A DNA stretch of 64,000 bases from a virus, in the IMG/VR virus record IMGVR_UViG_3300019752_000004, positions 18,850 through 82,849 of that record, one strand, 5' to 3'. Below the pieces are notes generated by a model. The model saw only the letters and a program-made list of their open reading frames with translations, was not told the origin of the DNA and made no database searches. A program made the position numbers and the translations under genes. Of this stretch, positions 1 through 9,186 are shown piece after piece (within the stretch, counting starts at the first letter, position 1; each line of letters opens with the position of its first letter).

Positions 1-495
1 AAAGACATTGCTAAGATTCGAAAGGAACATGAGGGTGAAAATGGTGTTGTGCATACAGTCAGTTACAAACTTGCAGATTCACTCCAATACAATAGCATTG
101 ACAAAGATGGTATGTACATTCTCAAAGACCGTGAACGTATTGTGGAACTTATGAAGACCCAAAAAGGTGTTTGTCTGCTCAGTCCAAGTGTGGAGGAGGG
201 TTATGACTTTAAAGACGATGATGCACGGTTTCAGGTGATCGCCAAGATGCCATTTGGGTATCTAGGAGACCCACTTATTAAACTTAACTGTGAACAACGA
301 CCTGATTCATATGGTAGAGCTACTGTACTTAGAGTTGTACAGGCATGTGGACGGACGACCAGAGGGATGAATGATTACAGCACCACATATATTCTTGATA
401 AGAATTTTGGTATGCTGTTAGCACGTAATGAAAAGTTCTTTCCCAAATGGTTTCTTGATGCAATTGAATGGTATGATCCAGAAGATTTAAAATAG
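1..495 (+). CDS. DinG/Rad3-family SF2 helicase, C-terminal part (5' truncated by the window)
   Basis: Frame open from base 1; helicase C2 motifs SVEEGYDF, FQVIAKMPF, QACGRTTR, TYILD. Confidence 0.85.
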   Translation, partial: KDIAKIRKEHEGENGVVHTVSYKLADSLQYNSIDKDGMYILKDRERIVELMKTQKGVCLLSPSVEEGYDFKDDDARFQVIAKMPFGYLGDPLIKLNCEQRPDSYGRATVLRVVQACGRTTRGMNDYSTTYILDKNFGMLLARNEKFFPKWFLDAIEWYDPEDLK

Positions 496-546
496 TTGAC
501 AAATGATATTAAGGTGTGTATTGCTATATGTGATACACACCTTTTA
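496..546 (+). promoter_or_regulatory. Family A promoter-in-hairpin (short variant) upstream of gp52
   Basis: TTGACA(496)-N17-TATTGC; stem AAGGTGTGTAT(511-521)/ATACACACCTT(533-543) followed by T's. Confidence 0.8.
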
Positions 547-565
547 ATTTATAAGGAAACAGTAT

Positions 566-1861
566 ATGAGAATTAAAGAATTTGTAGACACTGAATTAAA
601 ATCATATTCGGTGTGTGATAATAAGAGGTCAATTCCTGAACTCATGGATGGGTTAAAAACCACACAACGTAGATTGGTCTACTGTATGATGAAACACCCC
701 AAACGCGCAAAGGTGAGTGTAATTGGACCTAAAGCAAGCCAGATGACAAACTATCCACATGGTGAGACATCTATCATGGGTGCAGCTGTTAATATGGCAC
801 AAGATTTTGTTGGATCAAACAATCTTCCACTTTTGAATGGTATTGGTATGTTTGGCACGATTCTTGACAAGGAAAGTAGTTCATTTAGATACATTCATGC
901 CGAATTGAACACAAAAAACTCTAAGATTTTCAATCCAAATGATGACATTGTACTACAATACAAAGAAAAGGAAGGTCATCAGATTGAACCCAAAACATAT
1001 TATCCTATGTTTCCACTTGCATTTGTAAATGGGTGTAAGGGTATCGGTAATGGATATTCTATCAATCTGTTACCACATGACATCAAGGATTTGAAAAAAT
1101 GTGCAAGGGAATATGTTAGAACTGGTTATATCAAAACTAAACTTGTACCTCATTTTAATGGATACAAAGGAAAGGTTGAACGTGATGGGGAACAGATTAT
1201 TATCACGGGAGTAATTGAAAAAGTAAATTCGACCACACTCAGAATCACTGAACTTCCACCTAAACACGAAATCAGCAAATATAAAAAACTGTTGTTCAAA
1301 CTAGTAGATGACAAATTCATCAAAGGTTTTAAAAATAATTCTACCAAAGATGGGTGGAATATTGAAATTAAAGCCACTAGAGAAACCGTCAAACTAGATG
1401 AAAGTGTTCTGTTAGATAAGTTTAAAATGATTGATAGAATGACACAGACCGTTGTGTTCTGGAATGAAGGTGTTCTTACACAGTTTAAAACGCCAGAACA
1501 TGCCCTAGAAACGTTTTTTAAGCATCGTCTGGATATCTACCATTCCAGAAACAAGAAAATGATTTCTAGGCTTAAATCAGAGCTTAATATGATGTGTCAT
1601 AAAATTAACTTCATCAATCTGTGGAATGAAGAATCTGTGACAATGCGTAAATTTGATAAACAGTCTTTAATTCGATACGTGACTGATGAAATAGATTGTA
1701 GTTTTGAAGAAGCTGAGCCACTTATCAAAATGCCTGTATATAATCTTACTGAATCCGAGATTGATAAATGTAGGGGTAAAATGCGAGAATGTGAAAACAA
1801 TATTCAGGAACTGCTTGATCAGGATGTAAATAAACAATATTTGAAAGAAATTAATTTCTAA
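566..1861 (+). CDS. 52: DNA topoisomerase II medium subunit (gp52; GyrA/ParC-like)
   Basis: RSIPELMDGLKTTQRR, YPHGETS, GMFG, catalytic FRY, NGCKGIGNGYS, ITELP. Confidence 0.95.
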   Translation: MRIKEFVDTELKSYSVCDNKRSIPELMDGLKTTQRRLVYCMMKHPKRAKVSVIGPKASQMTNYPHGETSIMGAAVNMAQDFVGSNNLPLLNGIGMFGTILDKESSSFRYIHAELNTKNSKIFNPNDDIVLQYKEKEGHQIEPKTYYPMFPLAFVNGCKGIGNGYSINLLPHDIKDLKKCAREYVRTGYIKTKLVPHFNGYKGKVERDGEQIIITGVIEKVNSTTLRITELPPKHEISKYKKLLFKLVDDKFIKGFKNNSTKDGWNIEIKATRETVKLDESVLLDKFKMIDRMTQTVVFWNEGVLTQFKTPEHALETFFKHRLDIYHSRNKKMISRLKSELNMMCHKINFINLWNEESVTMRKFDKQSLIRYVTDEIDCSFEEAEPLIKMPVYNLTESEIDKCRGKMRECENNIQELLDQDVNKQYLKEINF

Positions 1862-1865
1862 TAAA

Positions 1866-1900
1866 ATGGGTTTGGTGTGGAAATACCAAACCCATAAATA
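1866..1900 (+). promoter_or_regulatory. Hairpin after gp52 overlapping a T4-type late promoter (CATAAATA)
   Basis: ATGGGTTTGGT/ACCAAACCCAT 11-bp stem; CATAAATA at 1893-1900. Confidence 0.65.
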
Positions 1901-1928
1901 TGTTTATAACATAATAAAGGTAGTAAAT

Positions 1929-3071
1929 ATGAAAATAAATTTAACAGAAGCTTTCGATTCGACTCCGTATGACACCCAAATGGTTAAACGTGCTGGTGGG
2001 TATCACTATATTTTTGAAGATGAAGAGGGCAAAGGTTGGCGTGTATCATTCAACCCGCCATCTAAATTTGGCAAGAAAGTCCGTATTGTCACAATCGGAA
2101 AGCGTATCGGTAAAGGTAAATCATACGATGAACGTAATCTGAAAAGGTTCAAGAAGCCACAGAAAATTATTGCAACATTTCTGGCGGCATATAGACAATT
2201 TATTAAATCCCCTGTAGGTAAAGGTACTTTAGGATACGCTGTAAAATTCCCTAAAGGTGTGTTTGGTCGCGCTGAACGCATTTTAAAGAAAATCATTAAC
2301 AGGAAGTTTAGGCAGTTCCTAACAATTGTTGATACAGATTATACTCCACAGGAAAAGTATAGTTTCATTTGGATCGTAAAGAAAGGTCAGAATCCAGAAA
2401 AGGTGTTTAGTGGACCAGCACTTGCAAGTGAAGTATTTGGTGTGTCAGATGAACCTGAATCAGTTGATGATGATATGAATGTTGATGATGCTGGTGTGAG
2501 TGTAATTGCGTTGTCTGGATTCCGTGGAACAAATGGTGAACGATATATTGTTATCGCTGATGATACAATCACAGATAGTATCAATGCCATCAATATTGAA
2601 ACGGGTGAAGTTGAAACGACAGATGTAAATAGAACTATTAATCTTACACAAGAAGATTATATCAGTGCACTAGATGAAATCGAATCTGAATATGGCGACA
2701 CTGCTATTAAAGATATTGCAGATGATTCTGGATATGGATATGATAAAGCGTCTAAATTTATGAGTGAACTTCTGAATAAAGCTGGATATGAGGATGAAGA
2801 TATTGTAGATGAACCAGAAGATGATGCGGACGTTCCAGAGCCTGTCGATGAACCAGAACCCGAAACCGAGCCTGAAATTGATGTAGTTGATATTATTAAT
2901 CAACTAAATGATTTACTTTCAGGTGAATATGACGATGATCCAGAACAATTCGAAGATGCGTTTGAAACTGCATTAGACGCAATTGAACAAAGTGGTTTAA
3001 TTGATGAATATAATGATTTGTTAATGCGAGTAAGTGATTATTATACACAATTGTTAAGGGCATTGGTGTAA
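1929..3071 (+). CDS. Probable virion-internal protein: Alt-like N-terminal domain plus very acidic C-terminal region; no ADP-ribosyltransferase domain seen
   Basis: ATG 1929 after AAGG and a late promoter; MKINLTEAFD and DYTPQEKYSFIWIVKKG resemble the recalled T4 Alt N-terminus (MELITELFDE; DYDKKYAYILIHRK); D/E/P-rich linker. Confidence 0.55.
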   Translation: MKINLTEAFDSTPYDTQMVKRAGGYHYIFEDEEGKGWRVSFNPPSKFGKKVRIVTIGKRIGKGKSYDERNLKRFKKPQKIIATFLAAYRQFIKSPVGKGTLGYAVKFPKGVFGRAERILKKIINRKFRQFLTIVDTDYTPQEKYSFIWIVKKGQNPEKVFSGPALASEVFGVSDEPESVDDDMNVDDAGVSVIALSGFRGTNGERYIVIADDTITDSINAINIETGEVETTDVNRTINLTQEDYISALDEIESEYGDTAIKDIADDSGYGYDKASKFMSELLNKAGYEDEDIVDEPEDDADVPEPVDEPEPETEPEIDVVDIINQLNDLLSGEYDDDPEQFEDAFETALDAIEQSGLIDEYNDLLMRVSDYYTQLLRALV

Positions 3072-3072
3072 C

Positions 3073-5076
3073 ATGACTGTACGGGAAAAATTAGAATATC
3101 AGAAAAAGATTAGACTCGCATTAGCTGATATACCAGATGCACCGATTAGAGTTAAAATGAACCTTCTGAAATCGCTTAGACAGTGGTTTCAGAAGCTAAA
3201 GGTTAAAACAGAAGCACCTGAACCAGAAAAACAATTGATGACTCAGGCGGATATCAATATCCGCCGTAAACGTAGAGAATATGTAGATGTTGGCGAAAAA
3301 ATTGGTGGTGCTAAGAAAGATTTATGGTCAACTAAATCAGATAGAGGTTTAGATGTATCTGATTATGAAAATATGGATTCTGGCGCAGCACATAAACTGG
3401 TCACTAAGACAAACGTGTTTAAAGGTGTACTTGATGAGTTCATTGATGAAAATGGCATGGATGCACAATCCGCATTCGTTTTCAACAAAGTTATGGGTTC
3501 GATACAAACAAAACCGAATGACAGCGATCAGGATAGAAAGAATTATGTAATTGCATGTGATAAACTAAAAGAATATTTCCGTGGTGCAACCAATATAGAT
3601 GAATTTTATGAAGTGTATAAACAGATTCGTATGGAGGTACGAGGATATCATTTGACTGCTGATGAACTTCCATATAAAGAATTTATGGATAAATGGCGTA
3701 AAGAATATTTTGATGCAGTTGATAAATTAACAAAAGAAAATGAAAAAGGAGGTATGACATACTATAGTGCTTCGGGGGATGCTAGAAGAAAAGCAATGGA
3801 AAAATATAAAAATGACCCAAAATATATAGAAGCTAAAAAGATTCTTGATGATGCCTATGATAGAGAAGTTAATGATCCAAATTCAGTCGCCAATCAGTAT
3901 CAATCTCTTGGAAAAAGATTTAATAATCTTATACTGGGTCGATCAAATGCGTTTAATAAAAATTTTGAGGCATCACAGTATTTGGAAAAGGATGATTTTT
4001 CATGGCGTGAAAAGAAAAAACGTAGTGCAGATTCAAAGAAAAATAAAGAAAAATGGAAACGAATCGTACCAGAATCCGTAGAACGTTCTGGTGGACGCAA
4101 TTTTGATTTTAAACCAGATGATATTTTGAATGAATTTAAAATTAGAGGTCTGGAATACGGAAACTACGTTGACGAAGAGAGTGCTAAACACCACACTCAG
4201 ATGATGGGGTTAGGGTTTGTTGATATGGCGGATGCACTTGATATACCATTTGAACAGATTTCATATGGCGGAAAACTTGGCATGGCTATCGGTGCACGTG
4301 GTTCTGGAAATGCACTTGCTCATTATGAACCTGCTAAGAAAGTTATTAATATGACTAAACTCAAAGGTGGTGGCAGTCTAGCTCACGAATGGGGACATTA
4401 TCTAGACAATATGATAACAAACGTTCTGACTGATGGTGAAAATTCATTTTCATTCATGACTCAAAGTGACGTTGATGGTATAGCAGCTAGTAGTAAAAAA
4501 ACTGGTGCAAAGGAGATAGCATCAATTTATAAACGCATCCTTAAAAATATGAAAAGTGGTGACAAAGGTAGAAAATCATCTTCTGTATCAGCAGATGACG
4601 GAACTAGAACATATAGATGGCCTTTCTACGGTGAACCAGATGAAATTCAAGACGCACAGGCTCTGATGGACAGGGTTGCGGGGCAAACTAAAAGACGTGG
4701 AAATAAAAGAGTACCAGCATTTAAAGATGCAGTTTTACAACGTGCAGCAGACTATATTGAACATAAAACAGGTCAAACTGTTTACTGGGGTGAAGGTAAA
4801 TCACAATTTCAGATTGATTCAGAAAATGCTGGCACGGGGAAGAAGAGTAAGTACTGGACTTCCGATGTTGAGATGTTCGCACGTATGTTTGAAGCTGTGA
4901 TTCAAAATAAACTCACAAAAAAGGGAATTAAAAACACATATCTAGTGACAGATGTTAAAAGAATCCAAGGACCTTATCCACGGGGCGAAGAACTTGAATA
5001 TCTTGAAACAGAAGTTGATAATCTGTTTGCAGTTCTAAAAAGAAACAATCTTTTAGAACAATTTTCAAAATATTAA
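3073..5076 (+). CDS. LPD1-domain (large polyvalent protein) zincin-like protein
   Basis: DVGEKIGGAKKD, GLEYGNY, AIGARGSGNALAHYEP, GSLAHEWGHYLD (HExxH), YWTSDVEMFARMFE. Confidence 0.8.
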   Translation: MTVREKLEYQKKIRLALADIPDAPIRVKMNLLKSLRQWFQKLKVKTEAPEPEKQLMTQADINIRRKRREYVDVGEKIGGAKKDLWSTKSDRGLDVSDYENMDSGAAHKLVTKTNVFKGVLDEFIDENGMDAQSAFVFNKVMGSIQTKPNDSDQDRKNYVIACDKLKEYFRGATNIDEFYEVYKQIRMEVRGYHLTADELPYKEFMDKWRKEYFDAVDKLTKENEKGGMTYYSASGDARRKAMEKYKNDPKYIEAKKILDDAYDREVNDPNSVANQYQSLGKRFNNLILGRSNAFNKNFEASQYLEKDDFSWREKKKRSADSKKNKEKWKRIVPESVERSGGRNFDFKPDDILNEFKIRGLEYGNYVDEESAKHHTQMMGLGFVDMADALDIPFEQISYGGKLGMAIGARGSGNALAHYEPAKKVINMTKLKGGGSLAHEWGHYLDNMITNVLTDGENSFSFMTQSDVDGIAASSKKTGAKEIASIYKRILKNMKSGDKGRKSSSVSADDGTRTYRWPFYGEPDEIQDAQALMDRVAGQTKRRGNKRVPAFKDAVLQRAADYIEHKTGQTVYWGEGKSQFQIDSENAGTGKKSKYWTSDVEMFARMFEAVIQNKLTKKGIKNTYLVTDVKRIQGPYPRGEELEYLETEVDNLFAVLKRNNLLEQFSKY

Positions 5077-5080
5077 TAAA

Positions 5081-5165
5081 AGTTGTTGACAACTAAAACT
5101 AAGGTGTGTATTCCTGTATTTGTGAGCAGGTGATACACACCTTTTTTAATTTTTAAAATGGAGAA
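5081..5165 (+). repeat. Family A promoter/terminator stem-loop repeat, copy 2
   Basis: TTGACA(5086)-N17-TATTCC; stem 5101-5143 + T tract; GGAG RBS; near-identical to 16592-16675 and 26024-26108. Confidence 0.9.
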
Positions 5166-5169
5166 CACA

Positions 5170-5406
5170 ATGATCGATTACAGAACAAAGATTAAAATTA
5201 TTCAGCAGGGCATGGTATTGAATCAACTTAAATTTGAAATCAACCCGTACATCGATGACGATTATGCTATCACACTCACAACAGATTTGACTGAAATGGA
5301 TGATGAAACTTTCAATGCACATGTCGATAATATGTCAACTGATACTATATCATACGTGAAATTAGGATTGTTTCTCAGTGCACATTATATACTGAATGTG
5401 ATGTAA
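5170..5406 (+). CDS. hypothetical early protein
   Basis: GGAG RBS then ATG 5170 downstream of a family A promoter. Confidence 0.7.
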   Translation: MIDYRTKIKIIQQGMVLNQLKFEINPYIDDDYAITLTTDLTEMDDETFNAHVDNMSTDTISYVKLGLFLSAHYILNVM

Positions 5407-5435
5407 TACGTAATTTTAAATGTATGGAGACCAAA

Positions 5436-5777
5436 ATGTCTAGAGATTATGATTCATTTGTAGTTGTTTACACAAATTCCCTTGGTGAAAATGAACTTTA
5501 TATCATTGATGGTAAAAAGGTTGATGACGAAACTGCTAAAATCATCTATGAATCATGCAATGCATATATCAATGATGTGAACACTATTGATGACAGTGCT
5601 GCATTGAAATTCTATGCTATGGTTGATACTAATACCGATGTTGAATTTTGTGAAGAAAATTCAATTGATCCAACACTCATTGGAAAATTTGCAGATTGTA
5701 AACGCAATACCAATATAAACCAGTCTGTATTGTGCAAGGAAGAAGTGAATATCATCTTTACTGGATGGCGAATGTAA
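5436..5777 (+). CDS. hypothetical protein
   Basis: GGAG RBS; acidic ORF in the same operon. Confidence 0.7.
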   Translation: MSRDYDSFVVVYTNSLGENELYIIDGKKVDDETAKIIYESCNAYINDVNTIDDSAALKFYAMVDTNTDVEFCEENSIDPTLIGKFADCKRNTNINQSVLCKEEVNIIFTGWRM

Positions 5778-5799
5778 CTGGACAACATAAAAATTTATA

Positions 5800-5839
5800 A
5801 ACCACAGTGCTTGACTGCACTGTGGTTTTCTGTTATGGT
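5800..5839 (+). promoter_or_regulatory. Hairpin whose loop is a -35 box (terminator/promoter for rnh-55)
   Basis: AACCACAGTGC-TTGACT-GCACTGTGGTT then TT; TTGACT-N17-TATGGT with TG extension. Confidence 0.7.
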
Positions 5840-5861
5840 ATTTCAAACAAAGGAGAATTCG

Positions 5862-6338
5862 ATGATTGAAATTTATACCGATGGTAGTGGGAACAACACC
5901 ACAGACAGAAGAGGCGGTTGGGCATACGTAATCTTACATGAACATCATAAATTCATTAGATATGGTCATATACCACCACCAACAACTAACAACATTGCTG
6001 AGATGATGGCGGCGTTCAACGCTATGAAAGCATGTTCCAAAATTAAGGATAAGAAGATTAGAATTTATTCTGATTCTAATTATTGTGTACAGGGGTTAAA
6101 AACGTGGTCTGATAACTGGATCAAGAATAATTGGATGGGTTCAAACGGTCCTGTTAAAAACTGTGGACTTTGGAAACAGATGAAACCACTGTATGACTCA
6201 TTTGATGATCTAGAAATATTTCATGTGAAAGGTCATGCTGGTAACAAGTACAATGAACTTGCAGATGAGTACGCTGGCAATGGCACGAACGAAAAAATTG
6301 TAGAATCCCATGCAGGGTATGATGTGGCATACATATGA
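5862..6338 (+). CDS. rnhA: Ribonuclease HI
   Basis: IYTDGS, TNNIAEM, IYSDSNY, VKNCGLW, HVKGHAGNKYNELAD; AGGAG RBS. Confidence 0.95.
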   Translation: MIEIYTDGSGNNTTDRRGGWAYVILHEHHKFIRYGHIPPPTTNNIAEMMAAFNAMKACSKIKDKKIRIYSDSNYCVQGLKTWSDNWIKNNWMGSNGPVKNCGLWKQMKPLYDSFDDLEIFHVKGHAGNKYNELADEYAGNGTNEKIVESHAGYDVAYI

Positions 6339-6973
6339 AAATAGACAAATCCAAGATATCTAAATTAAACTTCGAAAAGAAAAAGAGAGTTGCGCAACCC
6401 CAACCAAAATTGAATCAGTATGTTGATAATGCACTGTTGTCATCAGAGCTTGAAAAATGGTTGGACGATAGGAAAAAATGTATTGAAAATGGGGATGACA
6501 CACCACAGATGCCTGAATATGTAGGCAAGTGTATCATCCAGATTGCAAACAACCTGAGCAAGAAAGGCAATTTCCGAGGATATACATATGCTGATGAAAT
6601 GGTGAGTGACGGAATCCTGACTGTATGTAAATACATTCACAATTTTGATCCTCATGCCGTAACTAAATCTGGCAAAGCAAATGCATTTTCATACATCACA
6701 ATGATTCTGTACAATGCATTTAAACAGCGCATCAACACTGAAAAGCGTCAAAATTATAACAAACAAAAGGCATTCCAGATGTGTGGTGGATTTTCTTCTA
6801 TTGACGGGGAAGATTATTCTGTGGTAACACAACAATTAGAGTGTGCAGGTGTTGGTAAAGATTATCTTGATAGTATTAATGCATATGAAGAAGCACATAG
6901 ACTTAAAAGAGAATCAAAACGTGTAAAGGTTGAAAAAAACTCTAAAGTAGGATTGTTCAAGGATTTAAAATGA
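6335..6973 (+). CDS. 55: Late-transcription sigma factor gp55
   Basis: YVDN, IANNLSKKGNFRGYTYADEMVSDGI, IHNFDP, NAFSYIT..YNAF. Confidence 0.92.
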   Translation: MKIDKSKISKLNFEKKKRVAQPQPKLNQYVDNALLSSELEKWLDDRKKCIENGDDTPQMPEYVGKCIIQIANNLSKKGNFRGYTYADEMVSDGILTVCKYIHNFDPHAVTKSGKANAFSYITMILYNAFKQRINTEKRQNYNKQKAFQMCGGFSSIDGEDYSVVTQQLECAGVGKDYLDSINAYEEAHRLKRESKRVKVEKNSKVGLFKDLK

Positions 6974-7212
6974 AAAAATTAGTATTCGCTATTTTGTTGA
7001 CTATGGTATGTACGTGTGCACATGCACAAGATTATGGTGTGTCATTCACACTAAAAGACATTGCTAATGACAAGGTGTTATATTGTAAACAAGATCATAT
7101 GTTTGTAATGGATAGTCGGGAACTTGGTAAAATGGATGTGACCTATCTTGAAGCAGATGACAACAGCACAGTCCATGATTGCCTTACACTCTTTAAATGG
7201 ATTGAAGAATAA
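6970..7212 (+). CDS. hypothetical protein with signal peptide
   Basis: MKKLVFAILLTMVCTCAHA signal-like N-terminus; ATGA overlap. Confidence 0.6.
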   Translation: MKKLVFAILLTMVCTCAHAQDYGVSFTLKDIANDKVLYCKQDHMFVMDSRELGKMDVTYLEADDNSTVHDCLTLFKWIEE

Positions 7213-8111
7213 TGAGAAACTATATTCATGATGCGGTTGTTCGTGGGCTTAAAGATACTAAAGGACATCCATTGAATCCACCGTATGTGGCTGAACATGA
7301 AACTGTGTATCAGGTTTTGACTGGATCAACTGCATACGGAGTGTCTTCTGATACATCTGATATGGATATCATTTCAATTTCCATGCCAGTGATTGAAGAT
7401 ATTATTCAGACACCAATTTTAGGATTTGACAGTACGCCAACATACTTTAAGACTTGGCAACATCATCACATTCAAGACCCTGACAAACGAAAAGAATATG
7501 ATTTCTCTGTTTACGGTCTTCCATTCTTTTTCAAACTTGCTAGTGAATGTAATCCTAATATCATTGATTGTCTTTTTGTGCCTGATGAATATGTATTATA
7601 TCATGATAAAATCGGTGAGATGATCCGTGCCAACAGACATCTGTTCTTATCAAAAGCTGCATACCCTAAATTCATTGGTTATAGCTGTAGTCAATATAAG
7701 AAATTGAAGAACGGAATGAAGAATGGACGAAAATCAGAATCAAGACAATCTGACATCAATGAACATGGATATGATTTAAAATTTGCATATCACACAGCAA
7801 GATTGTTAGAAGAAGGCATTCAGATTTTAAATGAAGGTGATCTCGATTTACAGAAATCAAGAAAACTGTTAAAGTCTATTCGTAATGGTGACTGGGAATT
7901 CAAAGATTTTGATGAATATTACAACACTACCAAGAGTAGAATTAGTAAGGCTGTTGAAAATTCTGATTTGCCTGAGAAACCTAGAATGGGTAGAATTAGA
8001 AATCTACTGGTCGAATGTATCGAACACAGACACGGTGATATGAATACTGAAACCAGTGCAGAAATATATAAAGAAAAATTAAAACAGATTTCATTAATTG
8101 TGAATAAATAA
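7212..8111 (+). CDS. Pol-beta-fold nucleotidyltransferase (YcgL/RlaP-like, PF10127-type)
   Basis: GSTAYG..SDTSDMD, CNPNIIDCLF, YDLKFAYHTARLL. Confidence 0.85.
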   Translation: MRNYIHDAVVRGLKDTKGHPLNPPYVAEHETVYQVLTGSTAYGVSSDTSDMDIISISMPVIEDIIQTPILGFDSTPTYFKTWQHHHIQDPDKRKEYDFSVYGLPFFFKLASECNPNIIDCLFVPDEYVLYHDKIGEMIRANRHLFLSKAAYPKFIGYSCSQYKKLKNGMKNGRKSESRQSDINEHGYDLKFAYHTARLLEEGIQILNEGDLDLQKSRKLLKSIRNGDWEFKDFDEYYNTTKSRISKAVENSDLPEKPRMGRIRNLLVECIEHRHGDMNTETSAEIYKEKLKQISLIVNK

Positions 8112-8124
8112 AAGGAATTTAATT

Positions 8125-9186
8125 TTGAGAATCTTAATTTTAGGGGATAAACATATTGGATGTAGAGGTGGTAATAAAAGTTTTCTCACATTCGTGTATG
8201 AATATCTCAAACATATTGTAGAAGTTATTAGACATAATGATATTGATAGAGTCATTGTGTTAGGTGATATCATGGACAGAAGAAAATCAACAGATAACTT
8301 TGTGATTCATTTTGTAGTTCAGATTATCTCTAAGCTCATTGAATCGACTGGGGTTCGCTGGGATATCATTGTAGGTAACCATGACACGTATTATAAGAAT
8401 AGAATTGATATCAATACGCCAGTGAATTTAATTCATGCTAATAACGTGCATGTATATGATAAAATGTTTGAGGCAGAGGGATTAGTTTATATTCCTTGGT
8501 TGTGTGAATCTAATCTTGATTCATTGAATCGTATGGATGTAGATGGTAAATACGTTTTTGGTCATTTCGAATTTGCTGATTTCGCCATGTATCGTGGCAC
8601 AATATCAAAGAGTGGATTGGAACCAAATCTATTTAAATATGCTAAACGTGTTTTCAGTGGTCACTATCATACCAGAAGTGAAAAAGGTAACATCACGTAT
8701 GTTGGATCACCTTACTGGTTGACATGGCAGGATTATGGAGATGCTAGAGGATATCATATTCTAGACACAGAAACAGGTGAATGTGATTTCACTAGGACCT
8801 CTGATATGTTCAACATGTTTGAATGTCTCGTATACAATTCTGATGATGCTGAGTTCATGAAAAATGCTGATGATCCTGAATGGATCGAAAACAGACTTAA
8901 AGATAAAATCTGTAAAATCGTTGTGGAAAAGCGTGATAGACCACGTAAATTTAAACAGTTTGCCCAGCTAGCAAAGAACGTTCAAGTCATTGATTTGATT
9001 TTTATCGATAAAACTGTTACAGATACAACTACATCTGAATTGTCTGAGGAAGAACTTAACACAGATACCATTTCAGTGTTTGGAAACTATCTTGATGAAA
9101 CAGATGGTTATGATGAAACAGATAAGGCCCATATTATGAATAACATCAACGTATACTACAAAAAGGCTAGTGAAATCGATGTCTAA
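8125..9186 (+). CDS. 47: Recombination endonuclease gp47 (Mre11/SbcD-like)
   Basis: GDKHIG, LGDIMD, VGNHD, GHFE, SGHYH, YVGSP; TTG start after AAGGA. Confidence 0.93.
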   Translation: MRILILGDKHIGCRGGNKSFLTFVYEYLKHIVEVIRHNDIDRVIVLGDIMDRRKSTDNFVIHFVVQIISKLIESTGVRWDIIVGNHDTYYKNRIDINTPVNLIHANNVHVYDKMFEAEGLVYIPWLCESNLDSLNRMDVDGKYVFGHFEFADFAMYRGTISKSGLEPNLFKYAKRVFSGHYHTRSEKGNITYVGSPYWLTWQDYGDARGYHILDTETGECDFTRTSDMFNMFECLVYNSDDAEFMKNADDPEWIENRLKDKICKIVVEKRDRPRKFKQFAQLAKNVQVIDLIFIDKTVTDTTTSELSEEELNTDTISVFGNYLDETDGYDETDKAHIMNNINVYYKKASEIDV

